Assembly: GCA_016711215.1 (NCBI GenBank)
Contig: JADJTL010000001.1
Location: 1,144,067 to 1,208,066 of the forward strand
Source of the DNA: Pseudomonadota bacterium
Lineage (GTDB): Bacteria > Myxococcota_A > Polyangia > GCA-2747355
Direction of reading: 5' to 3'
DNA: 64,000 bases
The translations under genes were made by a program, and so were the position numbers. Of this stretch, positions 1 through 10,654 are shown piece after piece. The notes under the pieces are model-generated. The model did no database searches and was not told the DNA's origin. It saw only the letters and a program-made list of their open reading frames with translations. Numbering within the stretch: position 1 is the stretch's first letter; each line of letters starts with the position of its first letter.

Positions 1-878
1 CGCGCGTACCAGATCGTCTCCTCGGGTAGATTGCCGTACCAGATCAGCATGAACTGCGAGAAGGCGATATAGGACCAGAAGACCGTGAAGCCGAAGAGCA
101 GCTTGCCGAGATCATGGTAGTGCTCGACGCTGATGACGTCGCCGAGCACCCCGGCGCTACGCAAGAGCAGCCCGACCAGCGCGAGAAAGGCGAAGATCGC
201 GACGACGCAGCCGGAGAAGTAGTAGACGCCGAACATCGTCGAGTACCAATGCGGATCGAGCGACATCAGCCAGTCGAAGGCCGCGAAGGTCACTGTAAGC
301 GCGAAGAGAATAATGGCCGGGCCGCTCAGTCGCTGCAGGCGCAGGGTCGCCTCTGGGGCACCGTCCTGATCCTGTCGCAGGGAGCGCCGATAGAAGGCCC
401 AGGCCAGGGCGGTCCAGATGCCGAAATAGCCCAGCGCGCGCGCCACGAAGAAGGGGATGTTGAGGTAGGGCGTCTTGCTCGCCAGCAGCGCATCGTGCCT
501 GAGCGCGTCGGGGTGGGTCCAATGAAAGAGCTCATGGAGACCGCCGACGACGGGTAGAAAGAGCAGGCCGAGCAGGGGCAGCGTGATCATCGCGTGCTCG
601 GCCAACCGCCGCACGACGACGCTCCAACCCGCCCTGGTGGCGAACTGCACGATGACGAAGAAGAGCGCACCGAGCGCGATGCTGAGCCAGTAGAGCAGCG
701 CCACGAGGTAGGAGAAGTGAGCCTGGCGTGCAGCGCCCGCGCCGCGACCAAGCAGCCAGTGGGCCATCAGCGCGAGCAACCCGACGCTAGCCGCCGCCAA
801 GGAGAGCGCGCGCCAGGTCTTGGAGCGGGGCAGGCGGAGCTGCTCAGGGCGCAGGGTCGAAGGGGCGGCGTGCGTCAC
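1..878 (-). CDS. actF: Alternative complex III subunit ActF (second NrfD/PsrC-like membrane subunit); C-terminus runs off the window
   Basis: Absent from the ORF track because it has a GTG start (complement of cac 876-878) and no stop inside the window. My minus-strand translation from 878 reads VTHAAPSTLRPEQLRLPRSKTW...HWYSTMFGVYYFSGC...FSQFMLIWYGNLPEE, a polytopic hydrophobic sequence. GTGA overlap with the actE stop. Gene order matches actABCDEF. Confidence 0.8.
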   Translation of the reverse strand, partial: MTHAAPSTLRPEQLRLPRSKTWRALSLAAASVGLLALMAHWLLGRGAGAARQAHFSYLVALLYWLSIALGALFFVIVQFATRAGWSVVVRRLAEHAMITLPLLGLLFLPVVGGLHELFHWTHPDALRHDALLASKTPYLNIPFFVARALGYFGIWTALAWAFYRRSLRQDQDGAPEATLRLQRLSGPAIILFALTVTFAAFDWLMSLDPHWYSTMFGVYYFSGCVVAIFAFLALVGLLLRSAGVLGDVISVEHYHDLGKLLFGFTVFWSYIAFSQFMLIWYGNLPEETIWYA

Positions 879-1546
879 GGCGTCCTCCAGCCGCGTCGCA
901 CGACGACGTCAGGCGGTAGCTGATCGAGGGTGGCGTGGCCGGCGAGCTGGAGCGCGCGGACATAGGCGGCGATGGCCCAGCGATCGGTGACCGGGATGGC
1001 CCAGGCGTAGGAGGGCATGCTGCGCACGCCCTCGCTGATGACGCCGAAGAAGTGACCGATCGGCGCCTGGAGCAGACGCTGCTCGTGGTAGGAGGGCGCG
1101 GGTACGGCCATCTTGCGCGCGCGCAAGATCGACTCCCCATTGCCACTCGCTCCATGACAGGGTTGGCAGTAGATGTCGAAGCGCTCGCGGCCGCGCTGTA
1201 ACAAGTCGGCGGTCAGCGCCACGGGCAGGCGATCGGCTGGCTTTCCGTCAAGGGTGCCGCGATAGAGATGCTCGCTCTCGCGCAGCGCGCCGTGGGCGAT
1301 GGTGTTGGCCGGTGGCGTGCGCATCGCCCGCCCGTCGGCGAAGAAGGCATTGCTCTGCTGGGCGCCAAAGCGCGCCTGTGAAGCCATGTTCTGCTGCAGA
1401 TGAACCGGCGGTGAGCTCGATCGCCCACCGCGACAGGCGGAGAGGCCGAGCAGCAGCAGCGCCGCGACCCGAGCCGCCGCAACGAAGCCGCGTGCGTGGC
1501 GCCATCGCCGCGCCAAGAGCCTTGCTGCTTGCCTCAGCACGCCCAT
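875..1546 (-). CDS. actE: Alternative complex III subunit ActE, monohaem c-type cytochrome lipoprotein
   Basis: 223-aa ORF with signal peptide and lipobox (LLLLGLSAC) and a single CxxCH (CQPCH). Lies between actD and actF. Confidence 0.8.
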   Translation of the reverse strand: MGVLRQAARLLARRWRHARGFVAAARVAALLLLGLSACRGGRSSSPPVHLQQNMASQARFGAQQSNAFFADGRAMRTPPANTIAHGALRESEHLYRGTLDGKPADRLPVALTADLLQRGRERFDIYCQPCHGASGNGESILRARKMAVPAPSYHEQRLLQAPIGHFFGVISEGVRSMPSYAWAIPVTDRWAIAAYVRALQLAGHATLDQLPPDVVVRRGWRTP

Positions 1547-1586
1547 CGGGGGCCTCCGTATGAGGGGGTCATTGGGCTTGGGGGCA

Positions 1587-2124
1587 TCATTGGGCCAACA
1601 GCTCGACGTGCGTCGCGCCGAGCTCCTTCAACCAACCGGGGGTCTGGTCGGGATCGAAACGCGGGTCCGCCGCCTCGACCGAGATGAAGAAGCGATCGTC
1701 GCCGACCCCGGCGAAGCGCTCGCTGCGAAACACAGGATGGTAGTGGCGAGGGAGCCGGTTGAAGTGCAGCATCCCCAGAACGCAGGTCAACGCGGCCGCC
1801 AGCACGCCGACCTCGAAGGTCACGGGGACGAAGGCGGGCCAGCTAAAATAGGGTTTGCCAGCGATCACCATCGGATAGGCGATGGTGCTGGTCCACCACT
1901 GCAGGCCGAGGCCGCCGGCGGCCCCGAGCATGCCGCCGACGAAGACGACCCAGGGCAGGCGCGAGGGGCGCAGACCCATCGCGCGGTCGAGTCCATGCAC
2001 TGGAAAGGGGCTATGGGCGTCCCAGCGCGAGAAGCCGCCATCGCGTAGGCGCTCGCAAGCGCGATAGAGCGCCGTCGGGTCGGCGAATTCCGCCAACACG
2101 CCCCAGGTCTCGGTGGCTGGCGTT

Positions 2125-2132
<8 letters not shown>
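1587..2132 (-). CDS. actD: Alternative complex III subunit ActD (DUF3341-like)
   Basis: 181-aa ORF with a soluble N-domain and two hydrophobic helices ([22 protein letters not shown]; [22 protein letters not shown]). 8-nt overlap with the actC 3' end. Confidence 0.75.
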
Positions 2133-3612
<1,480 letters not shown>

Positions 3613-3641
3613 ACGATGTGAACCTAGATCAGCGAGCCGGC

Positions 3642-6600
3642 TCAGCCGAGCTTGGGGTTGGGGTTGCGCACGCGCGCGAGGTAGGTCGTGCGCGGCTTGA
3701 GATTCATGTCGCCCAGCACCGCGTAGTTGCGGTCGCGCTGCTTGAGCTGCGCGACGCGGCTCCGCGGGTCATTGAGATCGCCGAAGACGATCGCCTCGGT
3801 CGGGCAGACCTGCTGACAGGCCGGCACCACCGTGCCGTCGGCGATGGTATCGCTGCCCGCGGCCTTGGCCGCGAGGCGGGCGCCGTTGATGCGTTGCACG
3901 CAGTAGGTGCACTTCTCCATCACCCCGCGAAAGCGCACGGTGACGTCGGGGTTGCGCTGCATCGCCAGCAGCGCGTTCTGCCGGTCGTGCTCGGCCTGGT
4001 AGTTGAAGAAGTTGAAGCGCCGCACCTTATATGGGCAGTTGTTGGCACAGTAGCGTGTGCCGATGCAGCGGTTGTAGGCCATGTCGTTCAGCCCCTCGGG
4101 GCTATGCGCGGTGGCGCCGACCGGGCAGACGCTTTCGCAGGGCGCCGTCTCGCAATGCTGGCAGGCCATCGGCTGCGTGACGGGCAGGGCGTCGTCGCTC
4201 TCGCCGCTGAAATAGCGATCGAGGCGAATCCAATGCATCTCGCGGCCGTTGAGCACGCGCTCCTTGCCGACGACGGGGATCGTGTTCTCTGACTGGCAGG
4301 CGATCGTGCAGGCGTTGCAGCCGATGCAGCTGCTGAGGTCGATCGTCATGCCCCATTGCCGACCCGTCGTGGGGTTGGGCGGCTCCCAGAGCAGGGTCTT
4401 GACCTCGGCGTCGGGCAGGAGCTGCGCGGCGCGGGCGAAGTCAGGGTCGCGCTGGTACTGCGCCAGCGTTGCCTCCTGCACGATCGGGCGGCGCTGGCCG
4501 GTCAGGGGCTCGATCAGCGTGCCGTGGTCCTGCGTGCAGGCGAGCGCGTAGTGCCCGCGCAGGTGGCGCAGCCTGACGCCTTGGGCGAAGCGCGAGGCGT
4601 CGACGGTGCGCAGCGCGTTGGCGTTGAAGCCGCGGCCGTCGGCCACCGGGCCGCTATGCTGGCGACCATAGCCCAGCGCCAAGGCGACGCAGCTCTCTGC
4701 GACGCCCGGCGTGATCCAGACGGCGGCCTGCAGGCGGCGACCATCATGTTCGAGCTCGATCAGCTCCTCGGACTTGAGCCCGAGCCGGCGCGCCGTGGCT
4801 GCCCCGATCAACGCCGCGTTATCCCACGTCAGCTTGGTCACCGGATCGGGCAGCTCTTGCAGCCAGGCGTTGCCGGCGAAGCGGCCGTCGTAGAGCGTCG
4901 CGTCGAGCTGAAAGACCAACTCCAGGCGTTGGTCGGTGGGGGCCGGTCTATCGAGGGCGTCCTGCGGGCGCGCCGTCCGGGCGTCCCGATCGGCCGAGCC
5001 GCTCGAGCCCTCGAGCGTTGGTCGCGCTGCGGGCCTGCCGGCGAGCTGGGTCGCAAGCGCCTGCCACTCGTAGGTGGGGCTGAGCGCGGCGAGCTCAGCC
5101 GGGCGCTGCCCGTCATGGACCAGCGCGCGCCAGCGACGCTCGTGGCTGGCCTCATCGGCCCCGGCCGGCAGCAGGCCTGCATAGGCTGCGGTCGCCGGGC
5201 GGCGCAGCAGCGTGTAGCCATCGTGGAGCTTAGAGGCGATCAGGCGCGCAACGAGCTCGATCGGCGAGAGCGAGGCGAAGAGGGGCGCGATCAGCGGCTG
5301 CTGCACGCTGATCGTGCCGTCGGCGGCGCGGAGATCGCCCCAGGCCTCGAGGAAGTGGCTTTGGGGCACGACCCAGCGCGCCAGCGCCGCGGTCTCGTTG
5401 GCCGTGGGGCAGAGGTAGATCGTCGACGGGACGCGGCGCAGCAAGGTGCCGAACTCGAGATCGGCCGGCGCGTCATAGACCGGGTTTCCGCCGACGATGA
5501 CCAGCGATGAGACGGTCTCGGCCCGCAGCGCCGCGGCGAGGGCCTCGATCCCCTCGCAGTCCGCTGCCAGGTCGGGGTAGTAGCTGACCGTCTGGCCGAC
5601 GCTGCCGAGCAGCGCGTTGGTCAGCTGGCCGAGCGCATGGACCAGCGGCGGCTGCCCTTCGCCAACGATGATCAACGCCCGCCCGCGATGGGCGAGGAGG
5701 TCCTCGGCCAGCGCGCCAATCCAGCGCTGATGCGCGGCGCTCGGCGCGCGCGCCCGCAGGCGCGCCAGGAGCTGCTCGGCGCCGGCGGGCGCCGGCAGGG
5801 AAGGCGCGAGCTTGGCGACCAGGTCGGCGAGAAAGCCACCCACCTGCGAGGCCGCCAGGCGCAGGCGATTGTCGGCGTTCATCCCCGTGACGGTGAAGGC
5901 TGGCTCGACCACGTAGAGCCTGTTCATCCCGTCGCGCGGGCTGGTGAGGCGCCGTCGTTGGGCAAAGGCGCGGGCCTGGCGGACGACGTCGCCCTCGAGG
6001 CCGAGCGGATCGGCGTCGAGGGCTAGCACGACATCGGCGCGATCGAGCGCATAGCAGGGCCGAGCCCCCTTCAGCCCGACGAGTGCTGCGCCGGCCAGGC
6101 TCTGCCGTGGTTGGGCCGCGTCGTGGACGTAGAGGCGTGCGTGCGGGTAGCGAGCGCGAAGCTCGCCCAGCAGCGCGTGGAGCGTCGGCGAACGGAGGTC
6201 CTGCAGCAGCAGCGCCAGGCCGCGCCCCTGCTGCCGCTCGAGGCGCGCCGCGAGCCCGGCCAGCGCGGCATCGCGCTCGCGCGTGGAGACCGAGCGGTCG
6301 CCGAGGCGCGTGCGCCGCAGGCGCTGCGGGTCGTAGAGATCGAGCACGCTCGCCTGCAGGAAGGTGTCGGTGGCGCCGCGACTCATCGGATGGTCGGGGT
6401 GGCCCTCGATCTTGGTCGGGCGTCCGTCCTGGCTCTCGACGAGCAGGCCGACCACCCCCCCCGTGAGCTGGGCGGCGGTGGCGTAGTAGCGCGGCTGTCC
6501 AGGGACCAGATCCTCGGGCCGCTGGTTGAAGGGCAGGATCAGCTCGCGTGGCTTGCGCACGCAGCCGCTCAGCGTGGCGCCGGCGAGGGTTAGCGAGGCG

Positions 6601-6797
6601 CCCATCACCCCGAGGAAGTCGCGGCGCCCGACGTGGTCGAGGTCGAGCTGCGCGGCATTGGGCGGAAACTCGTCGCGCTGGGCAGCCTGCGCTGGATCGA
6701 TCGGCGCGCCCTCGGCATTGAGGCTGCGCCAATGACGCGGGGCGGTGGCGTTTCCCTCGGCGGTGGCAGCGGGGGCGTGCACTCTAGGCGTAGTCAT
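3642..6797 (-). CDS. actB: Alternative complex III subunit ActB (molybdopterin-oxidoreductase-like domain fused to a 4Fe-4S ferredoxin-like domain)
   Basis: The ORF track extends to 7019. The ATG at 6797 overlaps the actA stop (ATGA) and precedes a twin-arginine motif ([17 protein letters not shown]). The C-terminal part carries ferredoxin-type Cys clusters ([43 protein letters not shown]). Confidence 0.85.
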   Translation of the reverse strand: MTTPRVHAPAATAEGNATAPRHWRSLNAEGAPIDPAQAAQRDEFPPNAAQLDLDHVGRRDFLGVMGASLTLAGATLSGCVRKPRELILPFNQRPEDLVPGQPRYYATAAQLTGGVVGLLVESQDGRPTKIEGHPDHPMSRGATDTFLQASVLDLYDPQRLRRTRLGDRSVSTRERDAALAGLAARLERQQGRGLALLLQDLRSPTLHALLGELRARYPHARLYVHDAAQPRQSLAGAALVGLKGARPCYALDRADVVLALDADPLGLEGDVVRQARAFAQRRRLTSPRDGMNRLYVVEPAFTVTGMNADNRLRLAASQVGGFLADLVAKLAPSLPAPAGAEQLLARLRARAPSAAHQRWIGALAEDLLAHRGRALIIVGEGQPPLVHALGQLTNALLGSVGQTVSYYPDLAADCEGIEALAAALRAETVSSLVIVGGNPVYDAPADLEFGTLLRRVPSTIYLCPTANETAALARWVVPQSHFLEAWGDLRAADGTISVQQPLIAPLFASLSPIELVARLIASKLHDGYTLLRRPATAAYAGLLPAGADEASHERRWRALVHDGQRPAELAALSPTYEWQALATQLAGRPAARPTLEGSSGSADRDARTARPQDALDRPAPTDQRLELVFQLDATLYDGRFAGNAWLQELPDPVTKLTWDNAALIGAATARRLGLKSEELIELEHDGRRLQAAVWITPGVAESCVALALGYGRQHSGPVADGRGFNANALRTVDASRFAQGVRLRHLRGHYALACTQDHGTLIEPLTGQRRPIVQEATLAQYQRDPDFARAAQLLPDAEVKTLLWEPPNPTTGRQWGMTIDLSSCIGCNACTIACQSENTIPVVGKERVLNGREMHWIRLDRYFSGESDDALPVTQPMACQHCETAPCESVCPVGATAHSPEGLNDMAYNRCIGTRYCANNCPYKVRRFNFFNYQAEHDRQNALLAMQRNPDVTVRFRGVMEKCTYCVQRINGARLAAKAAGSDTIADGTVVPACQQVCPTEAIVFGDLNDPRSRVAQLKQRDRNYAVLGDMNLKPRTTYLARVRNPNPKLG

Positions 6798-7522
6798 CGG
6801 TGGCACCCCGAGCAGTGCAAGGGCGGCTCGAGCTGGCGCTTGCGCCGCGGATCGCGCGCGGCGACGTAGCCCGCGGCCGCCGGGTCGTAGCCGAGGTCGG
6901 TGACTTTGTCCAACGGACCCACCCGGCCCGCTGGGTTGCGGTGGCAGTCCAAGCACCAGCTCATGCTCAGCGGCTGGACCTGGCGCACGACCGTCATCTG
7001 GTCGACGCGGCCGTGACACTGCACGCAGCCGACGCCCGCGGCCACGTGGACGCGGTGATCGAAGAAGGCGTAGTCGGGCAGCAGGTGAACGCGCACCCAG
7101 GGGAGCGGCAGCCCGCTGGCATGGGCGATGCGCAGGGGCGCGAGCTTGACGGTCTCGGGCAAGATCAGCTTCTCGTGACAGCCCATGCAGGTCTGCGTCG
7201 GGGGCACGGCGGCGACCGGCGCCCGCTCGACGGTGCTGTGGCAGTAGCGGCAGTCGAAGCCGAGCTCGCCCGCGTGGAGCTTATGGCTGAAGGGGACGGG
7301 CTGGATCGGCTCGTAGCCGACGTCGGTAAACGAGGGAGAAAACCAGTACCAGATCGCGCCGACGACCGTCGCCAAGACCACGGGCAAGGCCAGGCCGAGG
7401 TAGAGCGGAAGACGATTGGTCCAGCGCGGGAAGAGCGGGGTCACGGCTTGTCGACGCTCCCTCGGTAGCAGTAGTCGCCGGCAGTCGCCCCAGCGGCTTC
7501 GATCCCGGGCGACCTCGAGCAC
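6794..7522 (-). CDS. actA: Alternative complex III subunit ActA, membrane-anchored pentahaem c-type cytochrome
   Basis: Five CxxCH motifs (CRYCH, CMGCH, CVQCH, CLDCH, CSGCH) after an N-terminal TM helix (LPLYLGLALPVVLATVVGAIWYWF). First gene of the operon. Exact start uncertain. Confidence 0.8.
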   Translation of the reverse strand: MLEVARDRSRWGDCRRLLLPRERRQAVTPLFPRWTNRLPLYLGLALPVVLATVVGAIWYWFSPSFTDVGYEPIQPVPFSHKLHAGELGFDCRYCHSTVERAPVAAVPPTQTCMGCHEKLILPETVKLAPLRIAHASGLPLPWVRVHLLPDYAFFDHRVHVAAGVGCVQCHGRVDQMTVVRQVQPLSMSWCLDCHRNPAGRVGPLDKVTDLGYDPAAAGYVAARDPRRKRQLEPPLHCSGCHR

Positions 7523-7642
7523 ACGATGCAGCGGCCTCTGCGTGCCCGCGCCACGAACTCGACCGACGGGGGCGGCCGCGCTCGTCTTGGGCTCAGGAAG
7601 GCCGCAGGGCGGAGCGTCGGCTTGCCCCGCCGGAACGCGCGC

Positions 7643-7671
7643 ACCCTAGCGATAACGCCCCGCGTTGGCAA
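7643..7671 (-). promoter_or_regulatory. Candidate sigma70-type promoter for the act operon (TTGCCA-N17-TAGGGT on the minus strand)
   Basis: Hexamers read directly from the sequence upstream of actA. No experimental or comparative support. Confidence 0.2.
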
Positions 7672-7672
7672 G

Positions 7673-7745
7673 GGCCAGCGGCGACGGCCAGCGGCGACGG
7701 CGGAGGTGCGGCGACGGCGGACATGCGGCGACGGCGGACGTGCGG
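7673..7745. repeat. Degenerate tandem array (ggccagcggcgac x2, then ggcggaNNtgcggcgac x2.8) in the actA/aroF divergent intergenic region
   Basis: Read directly: ggccagcggcgac ggccagcggcgac ggcggaggtgcggcgac ggcggacatgcggcgac ggcggacgtgcgg. Confidence 0.8.
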
Positions 7746-7885
7746 GGCAGCTGGTGGTGCGGGGTCTGCAGCGGTGGCGCTGGCCTCCCTCGCGCTGCCG
7801 AGCCTCGACGGGGTGCGCGCGGGCGGGGGAGGGAGGCTGACTTTCGCAGTAGACAGCCGGGGCGCGCTGAGTAGACTGTGCGGCG

Positions 7886-9007
7886 ATGATTATTGTGATG
7901 CGCCCCGAATGCGGGCCTGAATCCCCCGAAGTGGCCGAGGTCGTGCGCCTGGCGCGGACCTTCCCCGACGTGCAACCAGAGGTACGGCAAATCCAGGGCG
8001 CCACGCGCTCGCTGACGGAGGTCTACCTGATCGGATCGACTGGCCAACTGCCGCTCGATCGCTTCGCCGACAGCCTGGGCGTCGAGCGCGCGATCCGCGT
8101 GCGAGAGAAATATCGTGCGATTGGCCGCCACGAGGGGCAGGTCGAGGCGCTGGGCTTCGAGTACAACGGGCTCCGCTTCGGCGATGATAGCTTCCATGTC
8201 TTCGCCGGGCTCTGCGCGGTCGACACCCGTGAGAACGTCGAGCAGATGTTCCGCGCGCTGAAGCAGCTCGGGCTGCAGACGACGCGTGCCGGGGCCTACA
8301 AGCCGCGCACCAGCCCCTACGATTTCCAGGGGCATGGCCGCGCCTGTCTGCCCTACGTCTTCGAGCTGGCCGGCAAGTACGACATCAAGTGCGTGGCGAT
8401 GGAGATCACCCACGAGACGCAGCTCGACGAGATCCGCGAGGCCCTCGAGCGCGCCGGGCAGCCGACGGGTGTGCTGATTCAAATCGGCACGCGCAACGCG
8501 CAGAACTTCGAGCTGCTGAAGCACGTTGGGCAGCAGCAGGACTTTCCCGTGCTCTTCAAGCGCGGGATGGGCATCACGCTGGCCGAGTCGCTGAATGCCT
8601 GTGAATACATCGCCAGCGGCGGCAACCATCGAATCATCTTCTGCCTGCGCGGGATGAAGACGAACCTCGGCGATCCGCACCGAAACCTCGTCGACTTCGC
8701 GCATGTGCCGGTGGTCAAGCGCCTGACGCGCTTGCCGGTCTGTATCGACCCGTCGCATTCGGTCGGCCAGCGCCTGGTGGCGTTGGACGGCTTGCTCGAC
8801 ATGCATCACGCGGCAGCGCAGGGCATCGTCGCCGGCGCGAACATGGTGCTGGTCGACTTCCATCCGACGCCAAAAGAGGCGCTCTGCGACGGCCCGCAGG
8901 CCCTCTTGCTCAAGGAGCTCGAGCACTTCGTCGCCGACACCCAGCTCGTGCGCAAGGCCTACCTCGACCGGATAGCCCTCGGTCGGCGCCTGCTCCAAGA
9001 GCGCTAG
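7886..9007 (+). CDS. aroF: 3-deoxy-7-phosphoheptulonate (DAHP) synthase, type I-beta, with N-terminal ferredoxin-like regulatory domain
   Basis: The 373-aa ORF aligns by eye end to end with Thermotoga-type DAHPS. Shared motifs: MIIVMRP start, GAYKPRTSPYDFQG, IQIGTRNAQNF, CIDPSHS. Confidence 0.9.
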   Translation: MIIVMRPECGPESPEVAEVVRLARTFPDVQPEVRQIQGATRSLTEVYLIGSTGQLPLDRFADSLGVERAIRVREKYRAIGRHEGQVEALGFEYNGLRFGDDSFHVFAGLCAVDTRENVEQMFRALKQLGLQTTRAGAYKPRTSPYDFQGHGRACLPYVFELAGKYDIKCVAMEITHETQLDEIREALERAGQPTGVLIQIGTRNAQNFELLKHVGQQQDFPVLFKRGMGITLAESLNACEYIASGGNHRIIFCLRGMKTNLGDPHRNLVDFAHVPVVKRLTRLPVCIDPSHSVGQRLVALDGLLDMHHAAAQGIVAGANMVLVDFHPTPKEALCDGPQALLLKELEHFVADTQLVRKAYLDRIALGRRLLQER

Positions 9008-9025
9008 ACACTCGTTCGCCGCTGC

Positions 9026-9039
9026 GGCCCCGCGGGGCC
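9026..9039 (+). terminator. GC-rich perfect palindrome (ggccccgcggggcc) 19 nt after the aroF stop; possible terminator hairpin
   Basis: Self-complementary 14-mer seen in sequence. No U-tract. Confidence 0.25.
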
Positions 9040-9047
9040 CGCCCTGC

Positions 9048-9092
9048 GCACGCCACGCACGCCACGCACGCCACGCACGCCACGCACGCCAC
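9048..9092. repeat. 9-bp perfect tandem repeat gcacgccac x5
   Basis: Read directly; intergenic, downstream of aroF. Confidence 0.9.
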
Positions 9093-9337
9093 CTTTGGCG
9101 GGCCCGGCGTGCGCCCCTGTGCCCGAGCCGCCAGCTCAGCGCGAAGGCCAATTGCGAGCCACGGGTATCTGGGGTTGAATGGCCCCGCTTTCGAACGAGC
9201 GATCTCGGGAGCTTGCGGTCTCATGTCCCCAGGTAGCGCTTCGCGATTACTGCAACCATCCGGAAGGACAATGGTCATGCCATGGCACGAGAGCTGCTTC
9301 TAATGCTTCTCGGCAGCGTTCCTAGGAGGGGCAAGCG

Positions 9338-10540
9338 ATGACGAATCAAGACGCTCGACCAGATGCTCGACCAGATGCTCGACCAGATGCTCCACGCGAC
9401 GGCCGAGGCGTTGGCGTGCAGGCGCTGAGAGCCAGGCGGTGGGTCGCAATGCTCGGCCTTTGCGCACTGCAACTTGGCTGCGCGGGCAGCGTCGACTCGG
9501 GTGCTGCGGGGGGCGATGCCCTGGGCACCGGTGGGTCGATCTACGACGTCACCAACACCGCCGGGGCCGTCGGGTCGACCGCCAGCGAGAGCGCTATTTC
9601 GAGCGGCACGAAGCTCTTCGTCATCGCCGACGGGGCACGGGTCAACGTGACGGTGGCCGGCAGCAGCACCCCGGTGATCTGGGGCAAGCTGTCGACGGGC
9701 GACGTGCTCGGCTTCGGCTATCTCGACAAGGCCTATCGCTATGAGCACGGCGGCACGGCCACGGAGCTGCTGCCCAGCGGTTCTGCGGGCGGGATGGTGA
9801 CGAGCTCGATGGTCGCGCCGGGCGCGGAGATCGGGCTGCCCAGCCTCAACCTCACGGGGACGACCCAACCCTACGTGCTGATCGTGCGGGGACCGGAGGC
9901 CAGCGGTGCCTACGGTTATATACTTTCGCCCTGCGGCGACGCTGCCTGCTCCAACGGCCCGACGGATGCCACCGTGCGGACCGCGGTGGCCAATCAACCG
10001 GTCAACGTCGGGGGTGATTACACGCTCGAGTTCCGCCCGGTCGAGCTGAACGGCGTTGCGAAGACGCTCTTCTCGCTGCGGAGGACGACGGCCGTCGCCA
10101 CCAGCGCGAGCACCAGCGCGAGCACCAGCGCGACCACCGCGGCGACCAGCAGCGTGGCCCCGGCCGCTCCCACCCCGCCACCCCCGCCGCCCACGGCCCC
10201 CACGGCCCCCACCGCGCCGGCAAAGGCCGCCGACGACGGCTGGTCGATGACCGATTGGCTGCTGCTCGGTGGCGCCGCGGTGGGCGGGTACGTCCTGTGG
10301 ATGAAGAAATGCGACTGGTTCGATATCGCCTGCAACGGCGCACAGACGAACGCTGCCGGCGGCGGTCCCAACTGGGGTGGTAATGATCCTAGCCTTCTGA
10401 ACGGGACGGTGGGAGGCAACACAGCCGCCTTTCCTTATGGCTATCAGTCCGCGACGGGAGCTGGCTGCTACGTCGATGCGAATGGACAGGTGCGGCTCAG
10501 ATCGACGCACCTTCTCGGCGACACTTGGAGCTGCTACTAG
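9338..10540 (+). CDS. Hypothetical repeat-containing envelope protein (putative lipoprotein with C-terminal TM helix and Cys-rich tail)
   Basis: AGGAGG 8 nt upstream of the ATG. N-terminus is MTNQ(DARP)3, followed by signal/lipobox MLGLCALQLGCAGS. Low-complexity TSAS and PTA repeats, Pro-rich linker, TM WLLLGGAAVGGYVLW, and a tail with 4 Cys. I recognise no family. Confidence 0.6.
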   Translation: MTNQDARPDARPDARPDAPRDGRGVGVQALRARRWVAMLGLCALQLGCAGSVDSGAAGGDALGTGGSIYDVTNTAGAVGSTASESAISSGTKLFVIADGARVNVTVAGSSTPVIWGKLSTGDVLGFGYLDKAYRYEHGGTATELLPSGSAGGMVTSSMVAPGAEIGLPSLNLTGTTQPYVLIVRGPEASGAYGYILSPCGDAACSNGPTDATVRTAVANQPVNVGGDYTLEFRPVELNGVAKTLFSLRRTTAVATSASTSASTSATTAATSSVAPAAPTPPPPPPTAPTAPTAPAKAADDGWSMTDWLLLGGAAVGGYVLWMKKCDWFDIACNGAQTNAAGGGPNWGGNDPSLLNGTVGGNTAAFPYGYQSATGAGCYVDANGQVRLRSTHLLGDTWSCY

Positions 10541-10623
10541 CGAGGCATGCTCACGGTTGTTGCCCCCCACAGGCCACGCCCTCGTCCACCCCAATCTGCT
10601 CAGCCGGCCCAGCTCAGTATCCG

Positions 10624-10652
10624 CGGCGCCCAGCGTCCACCGCAGGGCGCCG
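10624..10652. terminator. Inverted repeat (cggcgccc-N13-gggcgccg) between convergent genes; possible bidirectional terminator
   Basis: 8-bp stem read from the sequence, lying between the stop at 10540 (+) and the stop at 10655 (-). Confidence 0.25.
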
Positions 10653-10654
10653 AA

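Noticed and set aside
5473-6732. 419-aa ORF in an alternative frame within actB, and similar long ORFs at 4356-5510(+) and 2113-3621(+)
   Set aside because: They are Arg/Pro/Ala-rich and lack motifs. They are nested in or antisense to well-supported act genes.
6798-7019. Longer N-terminus of the actB ORF (74 aa)
   Set aside because: It overlaps actA. The ATG at 6797 gives ATGA coupling and places the twin-arginine signal at a normal distance from the start.
9048-9092. The short tandem repeat arrays (here and at 24186, 45435, 57295) as CRISPR arrays
   Set aside because: The copies are directly adjacent with no unique spacers, the units are 9-30 bp, and there are no cas genes in the window.
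7646-9151. 501-aa minus-strand ORF antisense to the DAHP synthase gene
   Set aside because: Its composition is Arg/Ala/Leu/Gly-skewed, typical of non-coding frames in high-GC DNA. The opposite strand encodes a full-length, motif-perfect DAHP synthase.
9275-10594. 439-aa minus-strand ORF antisense to the repeat-containing lipoprotein gene
   Set aside because: Extremely Arg/Gly/Ala-rich (runs such as GGRGGRGRRGWRGGSGRG). No start context. It mirrors the repeats of the plus-strand gene, which has a strong SD and a signal peptide.
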